Positions 49,791 through 62,094 of a stretch of DNA of 64,000 nucleotides are shown here, one piece after another. Source of the DNA: Lama guanicoe (taxonomy: Eukaryota). Under the pieces are notes generated by a model. The model saw only the letters and a program-made list of their open reading frames with translations. It ran no database searches and was not told the origin of the DNA. Every line of letters begins with the position of its first letter. The first letter of the stretch is position 1. Made by a program: the position numbers and the translations under genes. The stretch spans positions 9,658,898 through 9,722,897 of the forward strand of contig MU054212.1 of the NCBI GenBank assembly GCA_013239625.1, given 5' to 3'.

Positions 49791-51628
49791 ATCCTGTGGA
49801 TGCTCACACTGCGGCTCGTTCCGGGTGAACCGCAGTGCTGCCCAGGTCGGGGCGGAGATCTACACCTCCTCTCTGGGCGGCCCATCTAGTGATCACTCCC
49901 GCCAGGCCAGGGGCAGGGCCTGAGACCGGGCCTCGGGACTCTCCCCCAGCTCCAGGGCTCCCTGTCTGGGGGTCCAGGCTTCACCTCACTTCTCTGTTCC
50001 TTTCCTCATCCTTGGATGCGATAGTGTCCCATCCTCAGAGGCTTGCAGCGTGAGCCTGGCTCCCAGGCCTCCTGCTCTCAGGCCTTCTGTCATTGGTCCT
50101 TCCTGGAAGCACCCCTCCTTGGGTGGCGTCTCTCCTGAGACCTGCCCCCACCCACAAGGTGCAGTTTCAGTGGGAGGAGGCTGGCTCCGTTTCCGGGCAC
50201 TCGCAGAAGCCGGGTTGACTCCTGGGCACTGGGAGGGCCTCTGGGTCTCTGTGGTTCTCCTTACGGGGTCAGGGGCTGGCTCTCTGTGACCGCTGTCATC
50301 TTTACAGCGTGCATGGCGTTGCCTCGAGCAGATGGCTGATGAAGGCCCTTAGCTGCATCCTGAGCCGTTGCTGAATGTTCTAGGTCTTCTTCCTCCTCTG
50401 AGGGTCTCCCCTCCTGAAAGCCCCCTCCAGGACACTCGGTCAGCTCTCTCTGGGACCCTTGCACCTGAGATCCATGGCTGAGAGTCTTGTTAGGCCTCTG
50501 AGTGTCAGCAGAGCTTGGAGGTGGAGGGGGGCAGAGGCTTCCCCAACCCACCTCCCAGGCAGCTGCTGAGCAAAGCCAGGGAGTTAACAGGAGTCACACA
50601 AAGCCCCTGATTTGCTCCAGAGATCAAGGGTCAGCCTGAATAACTTATTAATTAACCGAGCAAGGCTTCCTGCTATTGACAAGGTCAGGGAGCTGGGCCT
50701 GGGAGCAGACCTCACATCCTGCAGCCAGAAGACCATCCTCCATCCGCTCCTCCTCCCCTCCTTTCTTTTTCCTACTCAGCACCACAGACCTGGGAGACGC
50801 CAAGAAGGCCATTCCATCCTCTGATCTCAGCTCTCCCGAGGCTCTGGCCTGGCAGGATGGTGAAACTTGACCCTTCTGCTTTCCAGTCTGGCCCACAAGT
50901 TGTCCTTTTGCTCCAGTCCCCACCCACTCCTGCCCAGCCCTCACTGGCATATCCGAGGTGCCAAGGATCCAGGCGCACGCCAGCCCCTACACACCTTGCG
51001 AAGCTGGTCTTGGACGTGTCACCAGGGCGGGGACATGAAGAGCTGATTCACACCAAGGCTGCGGGCCGACAGTGTTGGGAGAGTGGGTGGGTGGTGATTT
51101 CGTTTCAACAAGGTTCACGCTCTTGACTCGAACAGTGAAAGCTCTGATGGTGGGACTGCAGCTTCCGAGACTGGCTAGGGAGCCGGATTCTTTTGGTCAA
51201 GAGTCCTGCCCAGTGACCGCTAAGATCGTGGAGTGGGCGTGGCCTCCCTCTGTGGGCGTGGCCTCGTTCTGTGCCCGTGGCCGAGGCTGCTCTGCCCGAG
51301 GCACGTTGTCCTCCAGTTAGGGTCCAGCTTCTCCTCCACTGGTCTGAATGTCTAAGCGTCTGCTTTGGCTACCTCCATATCCATCCCAGGCACCACCTCT
51401 GAGTTTTCAAAGTGCGTGTGGAGTGTTCTTTGCCCTAAAAAGGATGTACCACTGGAAGAGATGTCTTCACGGAGGTGACTGGCCATCCCACCAGAGAGAG
51501 GACCCTACCATGCCCCCCGGGGGGAGGGGCACGGCAGGACGAGGCGTGGATAGAGCCCTCCGGGCATGGACGGAGCCTCCTTCAGCAGGCTATTTCTGGA
51601 GCCCAGGACAGGGGAGACCCGGATGCAC

Positions 51629-52180
51629 TCTGCAGCACCTCTGTTGTTACTTGCTGAGCTCAGCCCTGCTGCCTGACATTTGCAGAACCCACTGCTGCTT
51701 GCAGAGTCAGCCGTTTCTGGAAGGCCTCGTCACTGGCTTTAGAGCCCGCTGCTGCTGGTAGCGCCTGTCGTTAGCAGAACCAGGCCTTGCGTGCAGAGCT
51801 CATCACTAGCCCCAAAGCGTGCTTCCGCTAGTGAAGCTTCTTGGGGTTTGCAGAACCTGATGTTACTTGCAAAGCTCATTCAAGTTTGCAGAACCCACGG
51901 CCGTTTGTAGAGCTTAGGGTTTGCAGACTCAATCCTGGCTGGCAGAGTGCTTCACCAGCTTTAGAACTGGATACAGTTTTTAAGATCTATTGTCTTTAGC
52001 AGATGCCGGCTTGGTAAGCTGAGCTCATCAGCATCCACGAAGCTGACTACTGTCTGCAGAGCTTGGTTCGACCTGCAGACACTCCATTGCTTGCAAAGTG
52101 CCTGCTGGTCAGAGAACCTGGGGCTCTTTGCAAGACTGACGTTGCTTGCGACATTCATCACTGATGATAGAGCCTGGAAC
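51629..52180 (+). repeat. Degenerate minisatellite, ~19-bp period, roughly 25-30 units
   Basis: Core YTTGCAGARC variants start at 51847, 51866, 51885, 51904, 51920, 51939 and 51958, and continue on both sides. Confidence 0.8.
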
Positions 52181-53629
52181 ACTTTCTGATTCTACCTCCT
52201 CTGGCTGGATGATCTGCTTTGTGGTGAATTTTTAAGGATGTGTGCCCACACCCTTGGGTTTTGAAGTGTTTTCTTGCACTGACGGGTTTCAGACTGTCTC
52301 CGACACGGCTGCCAAGTTCAGGCTCCACATCCCTCCCTCTGGTCTCGGTGTATCCCCGTGATGCTGGCTCACTGCCTAGACTCAGTTTCCTCTCTAACGC
52401 CAGGATGCTCTGAGTTCCCTCCCTCCCAGTACTAACTGTCTGTACAACCAACTCTCCCATCTTTGCTCAGAGCTCTTGAGCGTCCAGCCAGATTCCTGAG
52501 TTCTCTTCACTGAGGGCTCAGTAACAGTCTATGTCCCTCAGTCTGCACGATCGCCTTAGCATGGAGACCGAACGCTTCCATATTCACAAATCTTTATGGA
52601 ATTCACGGACGTGACATCCTGGCGGTGGGAGAGCGAGGACTGGATAGAAATGGGGAGTTTGTGTCACACCCGCGCCCTACTCTGTGCCCTGGGGGGCCAT
52701 TGCCCTTGGCCTCAAACCTGGAAGGACTCATGACTGTCTTCATCATTGCTGCCTCGTGGGTGTTGGCACTCATCGTGCAAGACTGTCCTTGGCCACAGCT
52801 GTCACACCCCGATTAATCCTGGTCACCTATGGACACATTCAGTCCCTAAAACCATACCAGCTTAGGAGTCTTGTGCTGGGCTGAGTGGCTTTTTTTTTTC
52901 CCTGTGGGGACACAATCTGTTAAATACACAAGTCCTAGGAAGATAAGAGTCTGAATGGCTTGATTTGTCACATTGAAGGACTTTTCAGAAAACCAGGAAG
53001 GCGATCAAATAGCAATTTCCAGGTTCTTCTTACTAAATCCTAGTGGTTCAAATTCTAAATGGACAGGCAGTAGTGTCCAGGAGAGACGGAAAGAAGCAAT
53101 CAACCCAGATGTCACCGGCATTTCTTTAGGAATTTTCCTAAGCATCGCCAAGCAGGGCATACAAGTGGATCTGTGTAGAGACCTTAACACCAAGGGTCCC
53201 TGCTCTCAGGAAGTCTGTGACATGAAGACTCAAGCCAGGAGGTGATCACTCTTTTTACATAAGGAGTTCTTTAAATAACTCCTGGACACATTTGAAACAG
53301 AACATGCCCCTATCCATTGCCCAGCTCTGAATCCAGCTCTCTGGACTGCGAGGGGGTCCTGGCTTGCCCTCAGTTCTGCCCCAGAAACCCCAGGGAGGCT
53401 GCCAAGGATGATCAGTGCCGAGGTCTGGCCCTTCGGACTTGCTCTGCCTCCCTTCCTGGGGACGGCCAGAGGGTCAGCTTACACATCGAGTCCACAAAGC
53501 AGGCTGGAGGCAAGCTCTCACCCTTCCTCAAAACCCCATTTTCAGTCCTTTGTTCTTAGAAGAAACTGAGCTCCAGATACATCTCACTGTCGGCTTTGTC
53601 CACTGGGCCCGAGGCAAGCGCCGCTCAGG

Positions 53630-53860
53630 AGATAATTCAGAGCGCTAATGGCATACAGATGCACGCTAATTCATGTGCACACACACAAATTAGGCTGCAA
53701 TTACCACAGGAACTATTTGCTAACGCTGGTTACCATTTGAACCATTACTCAGCATTGGTTACCACCGCCGGCTGGTCAGTACAGCTTGGCGTGAGGCCCG
53801 CCTCTTGGGCAGACTTGAAAACTAATGGAACCTGGAGTCAACGTCAAATAACAGCCTCTT
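53630..53860. promoter_or_regulatory. Homeodomain-site-rich candidate CNE
   Basis: At least six TAAT/ATTA cores in ~120 bp, and TGGTTACCA twice. Confidence 0.45.
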
Positions 53861-54384
53861 GCTGCTTCAGCGTGGGAAGTGGGTCTCCCAGGGTTGGCTG
53901 TGGGCATGGAACAAGCCTGCTGGAAAATGACACTCAGATCCCATCAGGGGAAGAAAAAGCCAGCGACAAATGCCATATAATACACCCCAGTGTGTGCGTG
54001 GAAGGCCAAGGGTGTAAAGCAAGTGCGTTCCTTTCGACAGCTCTTTCCTGGCTGTCTCCCGCGTGCCTCGGGAGCGTGGGACTCGGAGGACGAGATGTAG
54101 GCTGATAATGGCTTGTAAGACAGGAGCCACCCACAGCAGCAGCCCGTTAACCCGCAAGCACGGAGGCTGATTCGCTGTTGAGTCCTGTAGGAAGTCACTG
54201 GGGTCCCCTGGAGGAGGCAGGGTTTGAGCTTTGTAGTCAAGGATGGGGCCGATTTAGGTCCAGGAGGGAGGAAGGGCAGCATCTCAGGCCCTGCCTGCCA
54301 TGTGGTCATACATCAGAATGGCCACCGAGTCACAGTATTTGCCACCGCTCCACCAGTGGCTGCACGATCACCTCTTCAAAGGAG

Positions 54385-54495
54385 GCTTATCCTGCCGTAT
54401 TTTGTAGGAAAGGAGCCAGAGGCCCAGAGCAGTGAAGAGATTAGCTCCGGGGCCACCAGGTGGGTCTGGAATTAGATGCTACACACGTCTGTCTG
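54385..54495 (-). mobile_element. MIR
   Basis: ATTTTGTAGGAAAGGAGCCAGAGGCCCAGAGCAGTGAAG resembles the reverse MIR core. Confidence 0.5.
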
Positions 54496-54902
54496 TTGGT
54501 GAAGATACTTGGGACAAGGCAAGACTGGGGGTCACTGAGGGGTGGTCTCAGTGGTACTGTAGAAAGGGCTCCTGGGAGGACTGAATTCCTTCCACCTGGG
54601 AGGGAAGCATGGCCCTGAGATGGTAAGTTATTTAAGGAGCACCCACGTTTGCTGAGACAGAGGGATGCCCTGCTGGGATATGGGGGACGAAAAGGCCACA
54701 TGCATGAATAGATGGCTGGACATGACTTATCTTGGCCAACTTGGGGCGTACAGTGTGGAAGACCCATGCTAAATACCCCGGTTCTTTGTGGAGCGCTTCA
54801 AGGAGTCCAGTCTGCAATCAGCCTTTGTCCTCAGGGAGCCCCTTTTCCAGGAGGCACAATGAAAACCCAGAAGCCCCCTGGGAGCCTCCTCAATGGTTCT
54901 GA

Positions 54903-55035
54903 CAGAGGCAGTGACATAATTCGCAGGTGCAAATTGAAAAATCAGAGCCCCTTATTCAGAAATTATCAAGAATTTCCACCCAGTGACAGCAGAGCATGAA
55001 ACCAAGTGCCGGCCCTGTGAGCGAGGGGCATCTGC
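54903..55035 (-). mobile_element. MER45A-like hAT-Tip100 DNA transposon relic
   Basis: ACATAATTCGC...GTGCAAATTGAAAA...GCCCCTTATTCAGAAATTATCAAGAATTTC...GACAGCAGAGCATGAAACCAAG matches reverse MER45A. Confidence 0.8.
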
Positions 55036-55309
55036 CCAGGACGTTGGCCTGGGAAGAGCAGGTGAGAAAAGGGACCGTCCTGCTCCCCCCAAGGCCATGC
55101 CCATGCCCACCCCATTATCTCCTTGACCCTCAGATACCAGCCCTCCAGGACCAAAGCGGGATCACTCACTGGGGCTTGAGGCCTTTTCTTGCACACTCCA
55201 CCCGGCCGCCCCCAGACCCCTAGGCCCCTCCTCCTGACCCTGAACTCGAGTTACCCTCCCTGCCAGGCCCACGGCGTATTTACAGAAATGCCGCTCAGCA
55301 GAACCACCC

Positions 55310-55432
55310 AAATCAAATGAACGTTAGCGGGAAAGCTGCTAGCTGCCAAATTAGCAGTGCATAATTAGTTTCATGCAGAAACCTCTCAGAAGCACCAGGC
55401 GCTGGCTGGTGCGAGAGACAATTAGTTTTTGC
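55310..55432. promoter_or_regulatory. Candidate CNE
   Basis: Contains AATTAG three times, TGCATAATTA (POU-like) and TTTCATGCA. Confidence 0.4.
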
Positions 55433-56927
55433 GAGGATGAGGAGGAAGAGCAGGGAGGGGGTGTCGGCAGAGAGGTGCGGGTGGACTGAGATGCAGACGC
55501 CTTGGTGCAGCCGAAGAACACACACTGCCTTTCCAGCGTCCACAGACTGAGCCTCTCCTCGCCCACCCACCCAGCAAGGCCCAGCCCTGCTCATTCTGAG
55601 AGTTCCGGCCACGGGACCCTCTCAGATGGGCCCTTCCTGGCCGCTGGCTGGGGCTGCGTGGAGAAGCTCCTCTGCCTGCACTCGGGCCCTCAGGAGATGT
55701 CTGCGCTGAGCCCACGTCTGCCCTGTGACTCAGGACTCTGCCTGGGGTGAGCGCAGCCGCTCTGGCTGCCCGTGTTCTGGGCATGGAGCTGTGCTCTGCA
55801 GATAGGCTGGCTGAGCGTCACAGCCCTCGTGAATTCCAGGGCTCCTGACCCTCCCTGACCTCAGCGGCCCCTCGCGGGGCGGCGTCTCACAGACGGGGAG
55901 CATCGAAGCTCCGCTGCTGCTGGCTCTGGAGGGTGAACCTGGAGCTGGGGTGACAGTGTCATCTGCAGACTTCGAAACCCAGACCACTCAGCCCACTCCA
56001 TACTGGTGACCCGCCCAGAGGAAGACCCTGGCCTGCTGTCCTCGGACAGCTCCCAGGGAAACCACCTACTCGGCCTGTATTCCCAGTGGGCGGACTGGTC
56101 CCCAGGGTCTCTCTGTGGACCTTCCTAAGTCCCCCTCTAGCCATGTGGTCCAGGCCCCGTGACGCACTCTCCCCACCTCAGGGGCCCTGCACCTCCCTCG
56201 GGGAGTTCACGACGATTCCCTGTCCTTGACCATGGCTCGACCTGTGCCTCCCTCACCACTGCCTCTCCAGGTCCAACAAGCATGATGGGTGGCAACCTCA
56301 CTCAGCTGCACCCCCTAGATGGCAGGGCGGCTTGGGGCGGGGGGCTCCGGCATGATGATGAGTGAGGAGGGGTGGCTCTGAGGTGGGGCTGTGGATGTCT
56401 GCTCTCCTCCCTCACCTGCAGACAACGGAGAGTGGGCTCGGCATTCACCCCGGGCAGGATGGCAACACTAACCCTTATGTCCCTTAGAAGACGCTCCACC
56501 TCTCATCCCCAGCCTGACCCGCCTCGGAAGCGACAAGGAGACCAGGGCAGGACCATGGTGATGGAGGCACAGCTGCCTCTCCCTGTGGTCCTGCTCAGGC
56601 CTCCCGACCTCCACGGGCCTTACTGACTTTCCTTGCCTGTCTGTTGGGGAGAACAATGCCTGCCCCCCTTCCTGAAGGCTTTGTGGGGGTCAGGGGCAGC
56701 AGAATGTTAAAGGTTTTCTACCAGTGCTGGTGGGCTCCCCAGGCACGGGTGTAATGACTAAACCTAGATGCTCGGTCACGGACGCTGAAGCTGACCGCGA
56801 TGGCGGACCCGGCCGAGAGCCCCGGGGGATGGGGTCTCCCAGGCTGGGGTTCTGTTGGGTCTCCAGGCCCAGCCACGGGGAGATGCTGTGGCCCGCCTGA
56901 GGAGAGCTCTTTACATGGAGGCGTGCG

Positions 56928-57155
56928 GTCTTTATTGCTGATTATATATTATTTATTTAGTCTTAATTTATAATTGCATGATTGCCAGAGGATCTTAGTG
57001 CCATAGGGACAGAGATGTGCTGCCCAGTCCTCAATAAAGAATGCTTTTCCTGCCATAAATAAACAGAATAGCCAATCAACTACCCATCAAATTGCCTGGC
57101 CCTGGCACAAACAGAATGCCACTAATGAGACACAACACGCATTAGCTTAATGCTT
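56928..57155. promoter_or_regulatory. AT-rich candidate CNE with posterior-HOX-type sites
   Basis: Contains TTTATTG, CAATAAA, CCATAAA, CCAATCAA and several TAAT cores. Confidence 0.4.
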
Positions 57156-57339
57156 TACCAGGGGAAGCAGGCTGGCCTCGAGTGCCAGCCTGGACCACAG
57201 CAGGGACCGGAATGGGTGGGCCTCCCTCTGGGCACTGCAGGACGGCGCCACCGGCGAGCTCCCCAGTGCCAACCAGCCACTCCCGAGTTGCTAAGGCTCG
57301 TCTCAGGGGGGTCAGTGCTGCAGGCTCACTTTGATTCAA

Positions 57340-57730
57340 GACAGCAGGGACTGCCTGTGTGCCCAGTCCTGGGCCAGGTTCTGTGAGCATTATCAGGGAG
57401 GTGCAATGCATGAGTACAATGTGGGTTAGAGCACTGAGTGAGAGAATGTGGACCATGTGGCAAGGGCTATAGAAGGTGGTGGATGTGGGTGGGGTAGCCA
57501 GGGAGGGCTGCGTGGAGGAGGAAAGCACGAGATCCTCCTTTGAGGACAAGCAAGATATGGAGGGCGGGGTGTGTTCAGGCGAGGGTTCTAACAGGAGCCT
57601 AGGTGTGGAAGGAGGGATGAGCACAGTGAGCTGGCAGCAGAGATGCGTGTCCAGGGGCTGAGGCAGACACCGATGCAGGGAAAGGCAGAAGGATGCAGAT
57701 GGCTAGGGACCAGGCTAGGAATCTGGGATT
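57340..57730 (-). mobile_element. L2 fragment
   Basis: TGCCTGTGTGCCCAGTCCTG...CAGGGAGGGCTGCGTGGAGGAGG...TGTTCAGGCGAGGG are L2 antisense motifs. Confidence 0.55.
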
Positions 57731-58584
57731 TGTTTGGCGGCACCAGGGAGCCACAGAGGGTCCTGGAGTTCTTAGAAGATCAACATGGCAGAGTCGAAGC
57801 CACTGCAGAGCAGATCTACCCGGGTTCCTTCCCCGACCCGCCTTCCACTGTCCCCCTTCCCACTGGGACCAGGCTCCGGGAGGGGCCGGCACAGCTCCCT
57901 CTAGCTCTGTCTGCTCTTTATCACTGTCAGCTGCGTAAAGCCAAGCCTGAGCGGCCGCCCTCCCCAGCAGAGCTGATCTCCCCGAAGATAAGATGAATGT
58001 CTGCAGGCCACAGAGCTGAGATGTTCCAGAGGAAGTGGAAGAGGAGGAAGAAGAAATAAACACCCGTCACATTAATAAGAGTTTGGGAGAAGTGAGGGGC
58101 TGAAGCCAGGAGTCTCCAGATGGTGTTTAGAGGAATGACAGTTTGATGCTTAAGAGGAAAAATGGAACTATGAGATGCTGGGAGCTCTGATCTTCCTGGG
58201 TAGGGGTGAGGAGTGGGCACACAGAACCCAGTGTGAGACCAGGACTCACACAGGCCTGACCAGAGCCTGCTCCAGGTCCCAGCAGAGAGGGAAAAACACC
58301 TCCAGGATGTCCCTGAGGGACCCCACAAAGCCGCTCTGGTCCCAAGGATTTAGGTGCATACCGGCCCACACATTCCAACATCCTCTCAGCCACTGAGAAC
58401 TCAGCAGGCTGATCCTTGTGCCAAGGCTGAGTCCACAGGGATGGGCAGGACCCAGCCCCTGTCCTTTAAAAGCACATGGTCCGGGGTAAGGGACCAGCCA
58501 GGAGGTCACATTACACTCTGGCAATTGAGGAATGCGCAGGAACTTCTGGGACTACCGGGTGGTGGGGTGTCTTATCCGGCCTTG

Positions 58585-58760
58585 TCCAGACTGGGGAAGG
58601 CGTCCTGGAGAAGGTGATGGCTAGGCTGAGTTTGGAATGTTGACCAGAGACTGGTCTGGCCAAAGAACTTGGGATACAGGAGATATACAGGCTGTAGGAG
58701 AATGCTGGGCAAAGAGAAGCTACTGAACAAAGTATGGAGTATGAAGTTGCATGGGAAGGG
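58585..58760 (-). mobile_element. L2 fragment
   Basis: GGGAAGGCGTCCTGGAGAAGGTGATGGCTAGGCTGAGTTTGGAA is an L2 antisense motif. Confidence 0.6.
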
Positions 58761-59569
58761 GGAGTTGGGTGTTCCTGGAACCTGGTGTCCAGCGGAAGCG
58801 CTGGAGAGGAGCTGGGCGGACAGCCAGGGATGGGTGGGGGAGGGTCTGTGCACAGGGCTTGGCTCTCACCTGGGAGCGCAGAGAAGCAGTGAGTGGTGTT
58901 CACCAGGAATGTGGGTGCATGATCTCCCCTGAACCCGCCCCCTGTCCTCAGGGGTATCAGAAAGCTTCCCCCTGACCTGCCTCCCACGTGCCTGAGATTT
59001 CACCTGGAGTGCCCTTCCTCAGGTTAAACAGAGCAGGCTTTCAGCATCCATCCTTGACAGGTGAGGCACTTTCTCTGGTCTCCCCTGGGGGTAGAGGCCT
59101 GGGGCCCGCGGGCCATGGGGACCTGGGGAGCACTGGGCCCAGGTGGTGGGAGGCCATTTCTCTGCCGTAGAGGAATCAGGACCTGGCCGCCCTGGTGGAT
59201 ACTTTGTTTATTAGCCCTGAGGACCCCCGACACTCTGGGGCCCACAACAGTTAGGCAGAGTCGAGGCCACTGCGGCCCAGGCTGGGTTTGGGTGGAGGCT
59301 GTGGGGGCAGGCGAGGGAGGGGAGCGGGAGACAGAGGAGAGAGCGACGCAAGGAGAGTCAAGGAGGAGTTCAGGCTTCTGAATCCCTTCTGTTTCCATTT
59401 CCCCCCAAGTCACACAGCCGCCAGGGTTCAGACAGATGCTGTGATTAGCATTTTAATGCATTTCAGAGGACCTTGTCCAAACTGCTCTGGAAATCAGAAA
59501 TCAAGAGTTTATCTTCAGCTGTCCCTGTAGAGCTACATTCTCTTTCAATTCCAAAGGAGCCAGAGGGAA

Positions 59570-59822
59570 AGCGTGTGTGCACACTTGTATTTGTGTGCCC
59601 GCACACGTGCGTGCACCTGGATGCTAGTGTGGGAGCGTCTTCCTGTGAGTTTATGTGTATATGTGTGTCTGGTGAATGTACAAACCTCTGTGCACGCACA
59701 CACACCATGCACCCCGGTGTACGTGCGTGTGCATGTTTGAATGTTAAGTGTGGGCGGGCATCAGTGTGTGCGCGTGTGCACTTTGCACGTGCGTGCTTAT
59801 TCTACACGTGCCTTTGCAAGTG
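59570..59822. repeat. Degenerate alternating purine-pyrimidine (TG/CG/CA) tract
   Basis: Direct read of the sequence. Confidence 0.75.
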
Positions 59823-60644
59823 TGGTTTCAGCCAGGCTCCCTCACGCGGAAGAGGGAGAGCTTTGACGCTGGATGAAAACAGGTCAGTACTGAGTGACTC
59901 GGGCTGTCAGGGCGTCTGGGCCTCAGGTAACGGGAAATACATTTCAAACACAGTTGTGGCTGCTTGGCCTGATCCCAAACCTGGATTTCCAGACAACGCA
60001 GGCTAGCAGTATTTTCGAGCAATGTAGGATTTCTGGAGTTAGAATTCCACTTCTTTTGGACGTTGTTGGCATCCCAGCCCCAGCCTCTGAGAGGTCTCTG
60101 GAGTCCCAGACAGGAGATGGGGCAGCTCCCAGTGGATCAGGGCAGAGGGTGGGGTCGGAAAGCCAGGAGCCCCACATGACACATTTTGTGCGTAGTGGGC
60201 AGCCCCTCACCTATAGGCTGGATGTTAGCAGCCAGTCAACTAGCTTCAGATGGAAGGATTTTGTTCTTTCTTTGTCACCCTCCCTGGACACACTCCCCCT
60301 GGGAGGGGTAGCTCTCAGCCCCAAACACAGATTTCCAGGACCACCAGGGACAATGGGACATCATTTTTTTACCTTAAGGGAAGTCACCTATTGGTCTCGG
60401 AAGACTGCGTCAGCTTCTAGGGATCTGAACAACACCAGTGGCTCCTTTCTTGGGGTCACTTAAAACTCCAGGTCTTTAACCCTGGCCACACCAGCTCCCT
60501 GCTTAGTGTCATTATGTTGGGGTATCTACTTGTAGCCTCCAGGGGGCCCTCTAGGTTTTCTCCGGACTCAACTGATGGCTCAGTGACGTGAGTTGGAGGA
60601 TGCAGCCACTGGAAGGGGGCAGGGAAGCAGCAGACAGTTCCTTG

Positions 60645-60945
60645 TGAATGTGTTTAATGTAAATACCCCCTCTATTTACCTTTAGCTGTTAATAAATTCA
60701 TGCATTATTAGAAAATCCCTCAGACCAGCAGACCACGCTGCGTTAGATCAGCTCATTTCAAGAGATTTCCTGTTGGCAGGATTCAAAGCCCACACCTGCA
60801 GCCGGCCCAGGCACAAGAATTTAACTAAACGCCACAGATAATTAGATCAGTTAACCTCACAAATTAAAACAAGCACATCGCATTAGCTCAGTTTATCCTA
60901 AAAGAAAATATGAAGTTCCTCTAGATAAGTCGTTTAATAAGAATA
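60645..60945. promoter_or_regulatory. AT-rich candidate CNE
   Basis: Contains GTAAATA (FOX), AATTCATGCATTA, GATAATTAG and AATTAAAACAA. No repeat recognised. Confidence 0.45.
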
Positions 60946-61309
60946 GGGGGCGATGGCACATACTGTCTTCCCAGAACCTGTGGGCAGGAGCCAGGGAGGA
61001 CTCAAAGTGTGGCCAGACAGTGGGTTTGCCTGGTGGGTGACCGATCGGGGTCTTGCCCAGTGAGCTAACAGGGGTTGGAAGAGTTTGAGGAACAGTCTGA
61101 AACACGCAAAATAGTGGCAAAGCCCCAGGGGGTCTGGGAGGACTGCAGGCCACCAGTGGGATCTCATCTACTCTGCCACTTCACAATGAGGGACAGTCCC
61201 CAGTGACACCGTGGGGGTGCGACAGAGAATGGGGGTTCACTCCATCAGGAGAGGCTTCCTGGAGAAGTTGTGACCCACCGCAAGTTCCTCCCATGTGAGA
61301 GGCTCAACC

Positions 61310-61690
61310 CTTAAGGAGTCATTATTTAAGGAGTCAGTTGAAGTCCTGGTAAATTTCAAACTCACCAAGTCAGAATAGAAGGTAATTTGGACTTTAGAAG
61401 AAGCCAGTCTTTGCAAAATCTATGGCGCAAAACATTTTGATCAGCAAATAAAGCGTGCAGACAACGTTACCGCCTGCAGGAATGTGTCGTCTACCTAAGA
61501 GAATGACGGTGTTTGTCAGGGGCTCACTGGTTTCCACTGTCACACTGTCACTGTGCTAATTGCACACGCTTTGTGTCTGTTCATTACAGCGGGCTTGGCG
61601 GGACATTAACTCGGAAGCACTGCTGGATTGTCTAGTCCAAAGTCATAAAACTGCACTGAGCAGCCCCGTAATATGGATGCTAATGGAAAT
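61310..61690. promoter_or_regulatory. Candidate CNE
   Basis: Lower-GC, repeat-free block with TGTCA x3, CTAATT, TCATAAAA and several retained CpGs. Confidence 0.3.
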
Positions 61691-61824
61691 GGGTGTGCCC
61701 CCCACCCCTCAGCTCTCCTGGATTAGAGCAGGTTGACCAGATCCATCAGTCACAGGGCCTCTTCAGATAAAGGCATCTGTGACACGTGCATTTGTGGGCC
61801 ACACCCACCCTCACTTCATGCCTC

Positions 61825-61866
61825 TGTGTGTGTGTGTGTGTGTGCGTGTGTGAGAGAGAGAGAGAG
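61825..61866. repeat. Compound microsatellite (TG)10CG(TG)3(AG)7
   Basis: Direct read of the sequence. Confidence 0.95.
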
Positions 61867-62094
61867 ACAGAGCCAGAGTGAGAAAGAGGGAGATTGAATC
61901 TCTGTCTTTCTTTGCACTTGTTACAAATCTGAATGTCTCAGGAACACTGATGTGCAGCCAGGTGGTTTAGGAACCTCACCAGCTTCAGGGGCCCAGAGGG
62001 AGCCAAGTTTCCCCTCCACCCTCCTCCAGCAGGCCTTCCCAACACCAAGAGAGTAGCCTCTGCCAACTTGTGCCCGAGGTGTGCCAGCTCTGCC

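Noticed and set aside
50775..50795. REST/NRSE site CTCAGCACCACAGACC
   Set aside because: The left half matches but the GGACAG right half is broken (14/21 overall).
51629..52180. CRISPR array
   Set aside because: Mammalian context, cores only ~10 bp and degenerate, spacers ~9 bp, no cas genes.
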